From positions 43,672 to 107,671 of IMG/VR virus record IMGVR_UViG_3300027747_002579: a stretch of 64,000 nucleotides of DNA. One strand, given 5' to 3'. This document shows, one piece after another, positions 40,446 to 50,186 of the stretch. Positions within the stretch are counted from its first letter, which is position 1. Each line of letters opens with the position of its first letter. A program made the position numbers and the translations under genes. Below the pieces are notes generated by a model. That model was not told where the DNA came from, ran no database searches, and saw nothing but the letters and a program-made list of their open reading frames with translations. Source of the stretch: a virus.

Positions 40446-40651
40446 ATTAATTGTTTAAAATAGTTATACACTTCTGGAATGTGTTTTTTGTAATAAGGCT
40501 GATTGTCTTTACACCATTGTTTTAATTCATCTGATGTTTTAAAGGGCTTTTGCCAGCTTTGTCCTGACATAATTGATGTAAATGATGGCTCAAGTTCGTC
40601 TATAAAATCTTGAGCTGTCCATCCTTCCCAAATATGTTTGTTTAAGTTCAT
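40442..40651 (-). CDS. Hypothetical protein
   Basis: Coupled to the primase gene. Confidence 0.6.
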   Translation of the reverse strand: MNLNKHIWEGWTAQDFIDELEPSFTSIMSGQSWQKPFKTSDELKQWCKDNQPYYKKHIPEVYNYFKQLI

Positions 40652-41643
40652 AATAATTGTTTTTCTTTTAAATATTCTTCTATAGCATCCATGCCATACT
40701 TCTTAGCCCAATCTGCCCAATCTGTAATTCCTTCTGATAAAAATCTCTTAGGAACATTCAAATATTCAAAATCAAATTGTTTTGTTATTGATTGACTATT
40801 CTTCACTCCTGCTTCATCATTATCAAACGATAACACTTGTACATCTGAGTTGTCTTTTAAATACTTCACATTCTCTGGAGAAAAGCATCCAATCCCTTCA
40901 TTCTGTACAGCACAACAATATGGATATATTTTCTTCATCACCATGTAGTCTTTCTTGCTCTTGTTAATAAAAGCAATTCTACAATTCTCTACATCTTTCT
41001 TTCCATCCATTGTTGTAATAGGCACATTGTTGGGAACCCATTTGTATTTTTTATCAACAAAAGGTCTGTAGATTTTCCAACTGTTCCCATACAAATATCC
41101 AAACCTTAAGTCAGTGTCTTTTAATGAGAATAATTGTCTATTCAAATACACTTTTTGAAGCGAATAAATGTTATTAGCTTTCAAATCTTGCTCACTTTGA
41201 TGATAGGAATTCCAATAATCAAGTTCTTCTTGTGTAAATCTTCTTGTTACAGCTTGAATGAGCGTATACACCTTTGGCTCTTCAGGACGTTTGTTTTCTT
41301 TAATTATGTGAACATTTAAATTCTTCTCACCACTTAATATTCCCAGTCCAAAATCTTTATCAATCAATTTCAAAGCATTGTCATAAGAAATATTATACAA
41401 CATTCTTACAAAATCAAAACAGTTTCCTCTCTTGCTGCCATCTGAAAAATCAGCAAATAATAAATCATTGTGTTTGTTATTTATAAGAAATGATGGATTG
41501 TTTTCATTTCTAAAGGGCGAGTATGTCACTTGATTAATTTTCCAATTCTTATTTGGCATGTAATACATAAATATGTCATAATCACTAATCTTAGAAAGAA
41601 TTGTCTTAGCAGACAGCTGTTCTTTTTTCACACCTTTTATCAT
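40648..41643 (-). CDS. DNA primase (DnaG-like)
   Basis: SPFR.E.NPSF N-terminus; TOPRIM FDNDEAG. Confidence 0.8.
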   Translation of the reverse strand: MIKGVKKEQLSAKTILSKISDYDIFMYYMPNKNWKINQVTYSPFRNENNPSFLINNKHNDLLFADFSDGSKRGNCFDFVRMLYNISYDNALKLIDKDFGLGILSGEKNLNVHIIKENKRPEEPKVYTLIQAVTRRFTQEELDYWNSYHQSEQDLKANNIYSLQKVYLNRQLFSLKDTDLRFGYLYGNSWKIYRPFVDKKYKWVPNNVPITTMDGKKDVENCRIAFINKSKKDYMVMKKIYPYCCAVQNEGIGCFSPENVKYLKDNSDVQVLSFDNDEAGVKNSQSITKQFDFEYLNVPKRFLSEGITDWADWAKKYGMDAIEEYLKEKQLL

Positions 41644-41658
41644 AAAACAAATTTAAAT

Positions 41659-41686
41659 AAAAAGCCCCACATTTCTGTGAGGCTTA
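41659..41686 (-). terminator. Intrinsic terminator
   Basis: AAGCCTCACA-GAAA-TGTGGGGCTTTTT on the minus strand. Confidence 0.6.
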
Positions 41687-41709
41687 TTATTAAAGAAAAG
41701 AAAGGATTA

Positions 41710-42567
41710 TTAATAATCTCCGTCATCCTCTAGAATCACCTTGTTACTTTCTACAAGATTATCATCAGGATTGTAGTCTCTCATATCATCTAGTGTATAA
41801 TAGTCTTTACAACCATATTCACCTTTGATGTCTATTACAAATCTCTCATAAGGCTTCAAGTCTTTAGATTTCTTCAGAGCAAGTCTTTTAATGGTTTGAT
41901 CGTCCCATTTAATTAGTCTGATTTGTTTCATAGCATATTCAGGAAGAAATGCTTTGTTGTAAACACCCTGATAGGTTTTCACCTCTCCATCTTTCTCTAC
42001 AGATTTAACTATCGCAAGAGCAACAAATGGTGTACAAAACTCTCCACCAATTTGCTCTTTCAAATCTTTAACATTACCTCTAATCAATTTCTTCCATTCA
42101 ATCTGTAATGTGGTGTCTTTGTCTCTGTAATCAAGACCACCTAACCAATTTCTTACAAAGTTGTAAAAGTCTTCTTCTCCCACCTTTGCTGTACGACATT
42201 CTCTCTCAAGAAACCAAGAAGGAAGAGAATCTTTATCCACTCCCCAAGATGTTGTTCCTACAGTGTTGATGAATTGTGTCTTTGTACAATCTCTGTTCTC
42301 TTTCTTTCTATCTTCTAAATAAAATCCCACTTTGAACTTCATCTTTGTTTTCACTTCTTCAATCCAAAAGTCCACTCTCACTGTGTCATAACCATCTTTA
42401 GAAGTTCCAAGATATTCTGTCATCTTAGAATCTTCTTTGAGTTCAATGCCCAATACATCTTTGTACTCTTCAATTGTAGGATTGATAGCAATTACGTTTG
42501 CTAAAAATAGTCCCACTTTCTTCTCATAGTTTTCTGTTTGCTGTTTTTTTGATCCGCTGATACTCAT
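41710..42567 (-). CDS. Putative single-stranded DNA-binding protein
   Basis: Position between ATPase and primase; acidic tail EDDGDY. Confidence 0.5.
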   Translation of the reverse strand: MSISGSKKQQTENYEKKVGLFLANVIAINPTIEEYKDVLGIELKEDSKMTEYLGTSKDGYDTVRVDFWIEEVKTKMKFKVGFYLEDRKKENRDCTKTQFINTVGTTSWGVDKDSLPSWFLERECRTAKVGEEDFYNFVRNWLGGLDYRDKDTTLQIEWKKLIRGNVKDLKEQIGGEFCTPFVALAIVKSVEKDGEVKTYQGVYNKAFLPEYAMKQIRLIKWDDQTIKRLALKKSKDLKPYERFVIDIKGEYGCKDYYTLDDMRDYNPDDNLVESNKVILEDDGDY

Positions 42568-42579
42568 CTTTCTTGATTT

Positions 42580-43251
42580 TTAATTATAATAATTGTTAAT
42601 ACTATCCACCACCATTTGTAAATTATTAGGAATCTTCACTTCTGCAAACATTCCATCAGGAGACTTAGCAGGAAACTTCTTATGACGATTTGTTAACAAG
42701 CTGTAAGTCATCTTTCCTTCTTTAGTTTCTTCTACACAAGTGTATAAACACACTGTAAGAAGTCCTTCTAAAAGAATTTGATTGTCAATAAGCTTACCTG
42801 CTGTCTTTATCTTCCATCCTACAATATCTCCACCATCTTCAATGGTTTCTGGATGTGTGAAATAAAATACAATAATGTCTTCTCTAAGTGTTCTTGCTTC
42901 TCTAAAGAGCTCCACCATATCTTTAGCCATTAAACTAAATTTCTCATAGCCCTTCTCTGTTGCTTTAGCCACCATATTAAATCCCATAATGTAATTAGAG
43001 TCTTCAATGATGATGTTTTTAATGTGAGGAGCTTTGTCTGAAATAGTGCGTAACAATCTAGAGATTTCATTAGCATCGTCCACTTCCTTGTAATTCTTGT
43101 TCTCTTTGTTGTAAAGTTTTTCACTTCCTTTAAAGGGCAGCTCTTTCTTAGCTACATTAATGATGTACGTTTCTTCTGGATTTAAGTATTTGATGGATGT
43201 AGACTTCCCTGTCCCTGTTTCTCCAACAATACCAATTAATTTACTTGCCAT
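42580..43251 (-). CDS. AAA-family ATPase (Sak4-like)
   Basis: GETGTGKST, IIIED, AKSP.GMF. Confidence 0.8.
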   Translation of the reverse strand: MASKLIGIVGETGTGKSTSIKYLNPEETYIINVAKKELPFKGSEKLYNKENKNYKEVDDANEISRLLRTISDKAPHIKNIIIEDSNYIMGFNMVAKATEKGYEKFSLMAKDMVELFREARTLREDIIVFYFTHPETIEDGGDIVGWKIKTAGKLIDNQILLEGLLTVCLYTCVEETKEGKMTYSLLTNRHKKFPAKSPDGMFAEVKIPNNLQMVVDSINNYYN

Positions 43252-43277
43252 GTTTATTTGATTTTTAATTGATTTGA

Positions 43278-43472
43278 TTATAAAGATACGTCAATAATCT
43301 CAGAAGTTAAAATACTTTTTTTGTATATACAAGAAGGATTATTTTTTATTGATTCTTTCATGTCATTAATCTTATCTAAATTATAACTTCCTGTAATATA
43401 CTTTCCATCAATGTGTATTTCATACCAACTGTTTTGTCCAATTTTCTCTTCTCTGATGATTTCAATTTTCAT
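43278..43472 (-). CDS. Hypothetical protein
   Basis: Operon position. Confidence 0.5.
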   Translation of the reverse strand: MKIEIIREEKIGQNSWYEIHIDGKYITGSYNLDKINDMKESIKNNPSCIYKKSILTSEIIDVSL

Positions 43473-44544
43473 AATATTTGATTTTTGATGCGTCTAATAA
43501 TTCTAAGCTTTGTTTAATTTTCTTTAATTCTGGAGCCTCATTTAAACATAAAATGTGTAAATCAGCTTTCTTTCCTCTGTAGTCAAGCTTGATGGCTCTA
43601 TTAAGAATCTGCGATGTTTCTTCAGCATTGTATGTGAAGTTTAACAGAATAACAGAATCTAAATCACTGTATGTCACTCCCATCTTGCCCATAGCAGCTA
43701 ATGCTAAATGATTAAATGTTCTTTTCTGAAACTCCTTGTAATTATCATCATTCTTTGATTTAGAATGATAGGAAGGAATACCAATCTCATCAGCCACTTT
43801 AGCAAGTCCTGTAAACACTAACACTCTTTTATCAGAAAGACTATCTAAAAGCATTCTTAAGTGATTCATCTTTCCTATAGAAGACATAGAGAGCCTGTTT
43901 CTTGCTAATGCTAAATGCATGAAGTTTTCTTGTTTCCTCTTCAATGTCTCAATCACCCATGTGTAGGCTCTGTATTTCTCTTTCTCAGTTTTCTTCTTGC
44001 CATTCTTGTCTTCCATCTTGACAACATCGTCTAGGTTAACAATGTGAACAGAGATTTGATAGTCTGCAAGAATTCCGTCTTCTATACCATCAATTGTACT
44101 ATAGACACCTATCCTATCTAAACACCACTCCTCATCTGTTTCAACACTCACTGTTCCTGATAGAGCAAGTGTATTGTTGCTTCTGCTCATTATTTCTTCA
44201 CAATACGAACGCTCTGTGCTGCTGGCAGCGTGGAATTCATCAATAATAAAGAAATCTGTTCTATCCATAGTGTGTTTCTTCAGAGAGCTGAAGTTAACAT
44301 ATCTAATGTTGGGGTTGGAATATTCCCATTTCTCAAACTCAGAAATCCATACGTCTCTAAGTTTGTTGTCTGGATAGGCAACTAATACATTAATAGGACT
44401 GACAGGAAGTCTCTTCAACACTTCTATAGAGATTCTGCATTTACCTATTCTCATAGCCAATTCCAAATATCCTACAGAATTGTCTTTAAAGAATTCTAAT
44501 GTGTTGTTAATAAATCTTTCTTGTATTTCGTCTTGTTTTGTCAT
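43462..44544 (-). CDS. Superfamily 2 helicase-like protein
   Basis: MRIGK, IIDEFH, LSGT, Q...R. Confidence 0.8.
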   Translation of the reverse strand: MTKQDEIQERFINNTLEFFKDNSVGYLELAMRIGKCRISIEVLKRLPVSPINVLVAYPDNKLRDVWISEFEKWEYSNPNIRYVNFSSLKKHTMDRTDFFIIDEFHAASSTERSYCEEIMSRSNNTLALSGTVSVETDEEWCLDRIGVYSTIDGIEDGILADYQISVHIVNLDDVVKMEDKNGKKKTEKEKYRAYTWVIETLKRKQENFMHLALARNRLSMSSIGKMNHLRMLLDSLSDKRVLVFTGLAKVADEIGIPSYHSKSKNDDNYKEFQKRTFNHLALAAMGKMGVTYSDLDSVILLNFTYNAEETSQILNRAIKLDYRGKKADLHILCLNEAPELKKIKQSLELLDASKIKYYEN

Positions 44545-44786
44545 TAATACATTTTTATAATTGTTCCGTTATCATCTGTTATTCGAATAACGTTTAGTTC
44601 TTGTTCCAATCGTGATGTCAATGTTTCAAATACATATTGCAAGTTTCCCATCATCATTGTCATAAACATAAAGAATTGATCTTTTGGAAGTTCGTATTTT
44701 TTATCTCTATGCTCTTGATAATATACATACAATACATCTTGTGGATTGTTAGACATCATAATGTCTATGTATTCTTGTTTAGTCAT
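44544..44786 (-). CDS. Hypothetical protein
   Basis: Operon position. Confidence 0.55.
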   Translation of the reverse strand: MTKQEYIDIMMSNNPQDVLYVYYQEHRDKKYELPKDQFFMFMTMMMGNLQYVFETLTSRLEQELNVIRITDDNGTIIKMY

Positions 44787-45843
44787 TGTTTAAAAAGTAT
44801 GTCTTATTAATAATACTCTCATAGTCTGCATCAGTGATGTCTTTCTTCTTAGGAAGCTCCTTGAACATTCCTACATTTCCCAAGAAACCAAGTCCTACAC
44901 GTAAGTCATCCTCACCATAACTGTTCTTAATAAGTCTGAGGCTCCTGAAATATTTAGCACCAAATTGATCTTTGAGTTTTGAGAGTTCATATCCAGAAGG
45001 ATCTGCCACTTTATATCTCATAGGATCAAATAGTGCCAATACAACATCTGCGTCATTTTGTGTAGAGGAACTCTCTGCAAAGTCTTCGAGCTGAGGCTCT
45101 ACGTCACCATTTTTAAGTCTTGTGACATTAGAGATACTTCTGTTAAACTGACTCACAACCACTGGAGAATAGCCATAAAAGTCCCTTACAAAACGAAGCT
45201 CATCACTCATCTTATCAATAGCATCTTTCTTTGTAGGATGATCTTTTGTTGTCTTTAAGAGCCCTACGTGGTCTATGATGACAAGTGTCACTTCATTCTC
45301 ATTGTTAGGAATATAAATCTTGTTGTATTCATCCACTTCTTCCACTACACCATTTTTCATAGCATGAGCTCGTAATTGCTTTGATATTCCTATAGGGTTT
45401 TCTGGACCATCTATAATGGTGACAATGTCCATCAATTGATTAATGTAGTCTTCATACATCATAACAAGATCGTGCTCGTCCTTAGTCATCAGTTCTGTCC
45501 ATCCTAAGATTTTAGAAATGGGAATAATAACACCATGGTCTAGAAATATCTTTCTACTCACCCATTTAGAGAGTTTGTATGTTTTACTTCTCTCCATAGA
45601 ACGATAGATGATTTTCAGTTTTATATCAGACTTGTTCTTAGAAATATACCAATCTACAGGATTTAGAACATATGCATCATCAATAAACGATGTCTTGCCT
45701 GAACCTGTATTCCCACCAACAAGAGTGTAAATACGTTTTCTGATTCCTATATAATTGTTAAGACGAGGAAAACCCATAGGAATCCCTTTATTCTTACCAA
45801 GCATACCTTTCTCCACCTCGTTTCTTAACAATTCAAAGCTCAT
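44779..45843 (-). CDS. DnaB-like replicative helicase
   Basis: GNTGSGKTS, SME, IIDH, SQFNR, DADVVL. Confidence 0.88.
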   Translation of the reverse strand: MSFELLRNEVEKGMLGKNKGIPMGFPRLNNYIGIRKRIYTLVGGNTGSGKTSFIDDAYVLNPVDWYISKNKSDIKLKIIYRSMERSKTYKLSKWVSRKIFLDHGVIIPISKILGWTELMTKDEHDLVMMYEDYINQLMDIVTIIDGPENPIGISKQLRAHAMKNGVVEEVDEYNKIYIPNNENEVTLVIIDHVGLLKTTKDHPTKKDAIDKMSDELRFVRDFYGYSPVVVSQFNRSISNVTRLKNGDVEPQLEDFAESSSTQNDADVVLALFDPMRYKVADPSGYELSKLKDQFGAKYFRSLRLIKNSYGEDDLRVGLGFLGNVGMFKELPKKKDITDADYESIINKTYFLNND

Positions 45844-46454
45844 ATGTCTGTACTCCCTTCTATTTCATCTGTTATTGTAATTTTGTTTCCTTCTCTAATA
45901 AGCTCTACAAAAGATTCGTAAGTTTTTTGATTCAAATATGTTAATGAATTTTGCATAAACGTAAGAGCATTTGATTTTGTCAATACAGATTTTTCTTTCT
46001 TCTGTAACACTTCAAATTCTAATGCTTCAATCAATTCACTAATTGTATATTCTCCTTCAGATAGAATCTTTTCAAGCTTTTCTTTACATTCATCTTTCTT
46101 AGTTCTAAGACTTCTTCCTCCTGAGAAAGATTTGTTCTTGTGTGTGAATGTGTCTGTACCTGGATAGGCTTTCCACCATCTGTCAAAAGCATCTTCGCTA
46201 GTTTTTCTCCTCTCATAAACAACACCATCATTGTCATCCTCTCTATAGAAAGCTAGAAGGTTTTGTCCTTCTAGCATTAACATTTCCTTCTCACTAATTA
46301 GTTGTTTTCTTATAATCAATTGACGAAGAGCTTTAAGTTTTGGTGTGTCACAAAACTTCTTTAAATCCATTTCCTTTTCACACATCTCCAAAAGAAATAT
46401 CACATCTAATGAATATCCTTTCTCAATAATGTTCTTGAATTTTGTTAGATTCAT
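45840..46454 (-). CDS. Putative replication initiation/loader protein
   Basis: FDRWWKAYP...NSLTYLNQ pattern; upstream of DnaB. Confidence 0.45.
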   Translation of the reverse strand: MNLTKFKNIIEKGYSLDVIFLLEMCEKEMDLKKFCDTPKLKALRQLIIRKQLISEKEMLMLEGQNLLAFYREDDNDGVVYERRKTSEDAFDRWWKAYPGTDTFTHKNKSFSGGRSLRTKKDECKEKLEKILSEGEYTISELIEALEFEVLQKKEKSVLTKSNALTFMQNSLTYLNQKTYESFVELIREGNKITITDEIEGSTDI

Positions 46455-46605
46455 GTTCTTCTTGGTTTATGTTAACAATAATTTTTGCAGGACTTCTTCT
46501 TAATTCTTCGTAAAACTCTTGTTCTATTCTTAGAGCTTCTTCCCCAAGAAAAATCATTTCTTGGAGGTGGACTCTTTCGTAATCTTCTCTCTTGAAATCT
46601 TGCAT
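46423..46605 (-). CDS. Hypothetical protein
   Basis: Operon position. Confidence 0.45.
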   Translation of the reverse strand: MQDFKREDYERVHLQEMIFLGEEALRIEQEFYEELRRSPAKIIVNINQEEHESNKIQEHY

Positions 46606-46823
46606 TTTAATTCTCTTTTATTTTTCACTTCTATTTTAGTAACAGGAATTCCTATTTTTTGACAATACAATTGTGCAATTTCTACGTCTCCTTCAGAATA
46701 TGCAATAGCATGTGTTTTGTTTTGTAATTCGAGAAGCAAAGGCTTTGCATAAACAGTGATGACACTTACGTATTTTCTTCCTTCATGTTTAGGATCGAGA
46801 TGTTTTAATTGATAAACTTTCAT
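46554..46823 (-). CDS. Hypothetical protein
   Basis: Coupled to the polymerase stop. Confidence 0.5.
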   Translation of the reverse strand: MKVYQLKHLDPKHEGRKYVSVITVYAKPLLLELQNKTHAIAYSEGDVEIAQLYCQKIGIPVTKIEVKNKRELKCKISREKITKESTSKK

Positions 46824-47302
46824 TAGAATAAATTTAATTGTTGAGGGTTTATTTCTGCTCTTCTTTTCTTTCCTTCTGTTTGTATCTTATGTACAATTCT
46901 ATTTGCTTTTTCTATGTAATACTGATAATCAATGTTGTCTAGAGAATGGTCTTTAGTTAGATGATTACATACGTGCATCACCCATTCACCTGCTTCCACT
47001 TGTGAGAGTTCTGCAGCATTAGTTGTGCATTCAGGATTTTTCACTTTAAGAAGCTTTTCTCCTTTTTTTGATACATAATACCTAATCAATTTATTGTATA
47101 CAGTCTTTTCTCCAGATTTTTTATTCACTCCTTCGTAATGGAAATCTTTTGAAGCTTTCTGTCTAATACAAAAATCAAAAATATTATCATGAGAATGAAT
47201 GGTGTCAGCAATAGGGATGCCATCCACATAATAACGCTTAAGAGCAATAGGAACAATCCTAGCACTTTTGTTCTTGTGTAATTCAAAATCTGTAAGAAAA
47301 TC
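46823..47302 (-). CDS. Family B DNA polymerase, exon 2
   Basis: Resumes DFLTDFELHKN...RYY...IDYQYYI after the intron's terminal G. Confidence 0.85.
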   Translation of the reverse strand, partial: DFLTDFELHKNKSARIVPIALKRYYVDGIPIADTIHSHDNIFDFCIRQKASKDFHYEGVNKKSGEKTVYNKLIRYYVSKKGEKLLKVKNPECTTNAAELSQVEAGEWVMHVCNHLTKDHSLDNIDYQYYIEKANRIVHKIQTEGKKRRAEINPQQLNLF

Positions 47303-47430
47303 CAAGTTATTATCATAAAAGCTTTTTATCTTTTATTTCTTATGGTACTTTTATTCTCCCATAAGTTTGGCATATATTTTAATCCTATTTCAATATAGGA
47401 TCTGGACACTCGTGGCAAGATTATATTTAT

Positions 47431-48207
47431 TCACTTGCTATGCTCTACACTGCTTTTTGACCTTTCGCTATTCAAAAAGTTAGCACGGTATTTAGTAAAT
47501 CTTTCTTTTTTTCTAGACATGTAAAAATCTGCATCTTTATAAAGAAAATCATAAAAATTAGTGACATAATTATAGATGTTTTTGTCACGTTCTATGAAAG
47601 TAACACCTTTCTTTTTTTCTTGAGAATTAATGTGTAATCTAAACAATGATATTTTTCTCAATTGAGAAGGAGAGTATTGTAAATCTTCTTTTATGTAACA
47701 ATTTATTCCAGAAACAAGTTCATTTAACTTGTTTTTGAATAATTCTGCAAAAAGATTATTATTAAAAAGTAGTTCTATTTTAGGAAACTTATTTTTAATA
47801 CAACCATCACCATCCATAAATCCTCTGAAAAAGTCTCTAAAATATTCATTTGGTATATTGTCTAAATTTACTAAAAAATTAATATCAAAACTTTTTCTAT
47901 GTAAACTTGACATATATTTTTCTAAATCTTTAACCATTTTTTCAGATGTCCATTGTATTTTACAAGTTTTATATCCGTCAGCATTTGTAATAATTTGAAT
48001 ATTAGCTTCTGGACACACTTCGTTTTTAAAAAACTCAAGAATTTCTATATCGCTATCTTTTAAAGAAATTACTATGTGATTTAATTGCTTATTCACTTTT
48101 TGACTTATTATTGAACCGTCTGCAATTAAAAAACCTAATAAATATGCTTTTTTACCATTGTCTATTTTCTCAAAATAATCAAAATTCACCAATTTACCTG
48201 TTGCCAT
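47431..48207 (-). CDS. Intron-encoded LAGLIDADG homing endonuclease
   Basis: YLLGFLIADG and FFRGFMDGDG; ATG at 48207. Confidence 0.92.
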   Translation of the reverse strand: MATGKLVNFDYFEKIDNGKKAYLLGFLIADGSIISQKVNKQLNHIVISLKDSDIEILEFFKNEVCPEANIQIITNADGYKTCKIQWTSEKMVKDLEKYMSSLHRKSFDINFLVNLDNIPNEYFRDFFRGFMDGDGCIKNKFPKIELLFNNNLFAELFKNKLNELVSGINCYIKEDLQYSPSQLRKISLFRLHINSQEKKKGVTFIERDKNIYNYVTNFYDFLYKDADFYMSRKKERFTKYRANFLNSERSKSSVEHSK

Positions 48208-48221
48208 TTTATTTATTTTTG

Positions 48222-48252
48222 CAAAGATAATTGTAAAATTTGACAATTCCAA
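48222..48252 (-). promoter_or_regulatory. Intron-internal promoter (TTG-N20-TATCTTTG)
   Basis: Lies 14 nt upstream of the LAGLIDADG ATG. Confidence 0.6.
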
Positions 48253-48338
48253 GAAAAATAGGGATTTGTTATAAAAACTATTCACCGTTTTTGCCCAATT
48301 TTCAATCTATATTACTATAGAAAGAGGCAATTTTTTTC

Positions 48339-49829
48339 ACCTTTAAGTTTAACTTCGCCATCTGTTTTTATTGCAATATAATCATTCACTGTAGAAAATA
48401 TCATTTTCTTAAACTCCATTTCTTCTAATTCATAAGTTAATTTCATTGAAGTGGAAACTCTCCAATCTTCTTTAATCTTATTAAAAAGTTGTCTTTTTGT
48501 TTTAGGAACAATAAATGTAGCACCATCAGTGTTTGCCATGATGCATTTTATTTGATTCAATTCACATTCTTCTATAAGCATCAATATAGACAATTCTCCT
48601 GTAAGACAAGTGGCTAATGTCATTTGTTTGTCATACAACCAACTTGTCATTTCTGAACTTTTACCATACGGACAATTTCCTGCTTCTTTTAGTCCTGCAA
48701 CAATTCCTTTAAGTTTCTTATCTTTCTTAGCTAAAGGTTTTAGTTCAAGTCTTTTGAAATACACTTTACTATATCCTACAAGAAATTCTTTTCCTAAATG
48801 AGCTGGATAATACGAATTATTAATAATACTTGCTGGATAATATCCACTAACATCTACATCTACTAAATCATTGTCTTCATCAGATTGATAAATTTTACCA
48901 TTAATTACATTATGTAATCCTCCTTTAGCAAATGTGTAAGTTTGATTATAGAAATCAATACTTTCAATAAAATCTTCTGTTTGAGAAAGAGTGATGGTTT
49001 TTATTCTTGTTAAGAAGTTCTGTAACTGTTTGGTTTTAAATTTAACATATTTAGGGATACAATTTTTTAGGGCTATTGATTTTCTAAATGTGCCTTTTTT
49101 AGGAAGATCTTTGTATTCAATCTTCTTAGTTTCACAATAATATTTCTTAATAATCTCATCACCAATTTTAGAATTAGAATAGTTTAAACAAGGAATACCA
49201 AACTCTTCTTGTATATCCATTCTTAGTTCTATTTGATTAATTCCTCTATAGAGCGGATGAGTGGTGTCACCAATGGTTATCTTGTAGAATTCATATGTTG
49301 CCATAATATCATTCTTACAATAATCTCTGGTTAGTTGTCTCTCTTCAAAAGTCATGTTCTCTTTGAGATGATGAACAGGCATTTCTTCTATGTTCTCAAG
49401 ATCCATTTCAAACTCAAGCCTCTTCAATGACACTCTACGATTTTTATTGTCGTAGTGATGTATTTTGAACAAGTCGATTTGTTTCAATGTTAAATTGTGT
49501 TCACTGTATTCAGGTAACACCTCATAATTTGCATCATGAATAACATCTGCTGCTTTCTGAGCAATCATCGCTGCTAGTTCTAAAGAACCATAAGAATACC
49601 ATTCTTCAGCGTTACGAAGAATCCATTCTATCACCTGGCTGTCAAATCGTAGATTGTTATATCCCACCCAAAAACAGTCTGAATGAGTTTCTGTAAATGA
49701 AATAAACGAATGTAACTCATCTCTCTCAGCACTAATTTCAAACTCGAAATACATGTCTGTAGAGGGTTCGTAAATTCCTATGAGAAACATCTCCTTGAGA
49801 GTTTCTATGTCATACACCAATATCTTCAT
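48339..49829 (-). CDS. Family B DNA polymerase, exon 1 (3'-5' exonuclease plus polymerase)
   Basis: YDIET, GYN...FD, YC.ND, DVSGYYP, K...N..YGK, NTDG. Confidence 0.93.
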
Positions 49830-49831
49830 GA

Positions 49832-50083
49832 TTAGTTAATTAAATCATCTATAAAAATACCATGTTCTTCTAACGTAATATTAATAAACTCCCGCACTTT
49901 GTCTAAAAGTTCATACTGTTTATCTATAGAACTACTGTCATCATCAAGAGAATTCTCTATTAAATGCTTCATGTTGTGTTTAATTTCCCACAATGCTAGT
50001 GCAAGATCTGTAGACTTAGTTGCTCTTAAATGGGACATTTGGTCTTCCATTTCATCTAAATTAAATTCTAAAATTGCCTTCAT
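49832..50083 (-). CDS. Hypothetical protein
   Basis: MKAILEFNL start. Confidence 0.6.
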   Translation of the reverse strand: MKAILEFNLDEMEDQMSHLRATKSTDLALALWEIKHNMKHLIENSLDDDSSSIDKQYELLDKVREFINITLEEHGIFIDDLIN

Positions 50084-50091
50084 GTTGTTTT

Positions 50092-50115
50092 GTTTTTGTT
50101 TTTGTTTTTGTTTTT
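50092..50115. repeat. (GTTTTT)4 tandem repeat in the leader of ORF 49832-50083
   Basis: Direct reading. Confidence 0.8.
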
Positions 50116-50186
50116 ATAAACGGTAATATAATACTCAAAATACATATATTTCGTATCATTTATGACACATTACGCCCAAAAAGGTA

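Larger units (their letters stand above)
47303..48338 (-). mobile_element. Group I intron in the DNA polymerase gene
   Basis: 5' exon ends AAAGGU and pairs with intron GCCU (P1, U-G wobble). Terminal G at 47303. Core-like segments UUGGGCAAAAACGGUG, UACCGUGCUAA, GUGUAGAGCAUAG, CCACGAGUGUCCAG, AAUAUAUGCCAAACU. Splicing restores KLKG-DFLT in frame. Confidence 0.88.

Noticed and set aside
46823-49829. DNA polymerase as a pseudogene or true split gene
   Set aside because: Group I intron boundaries restore a continuous frame.
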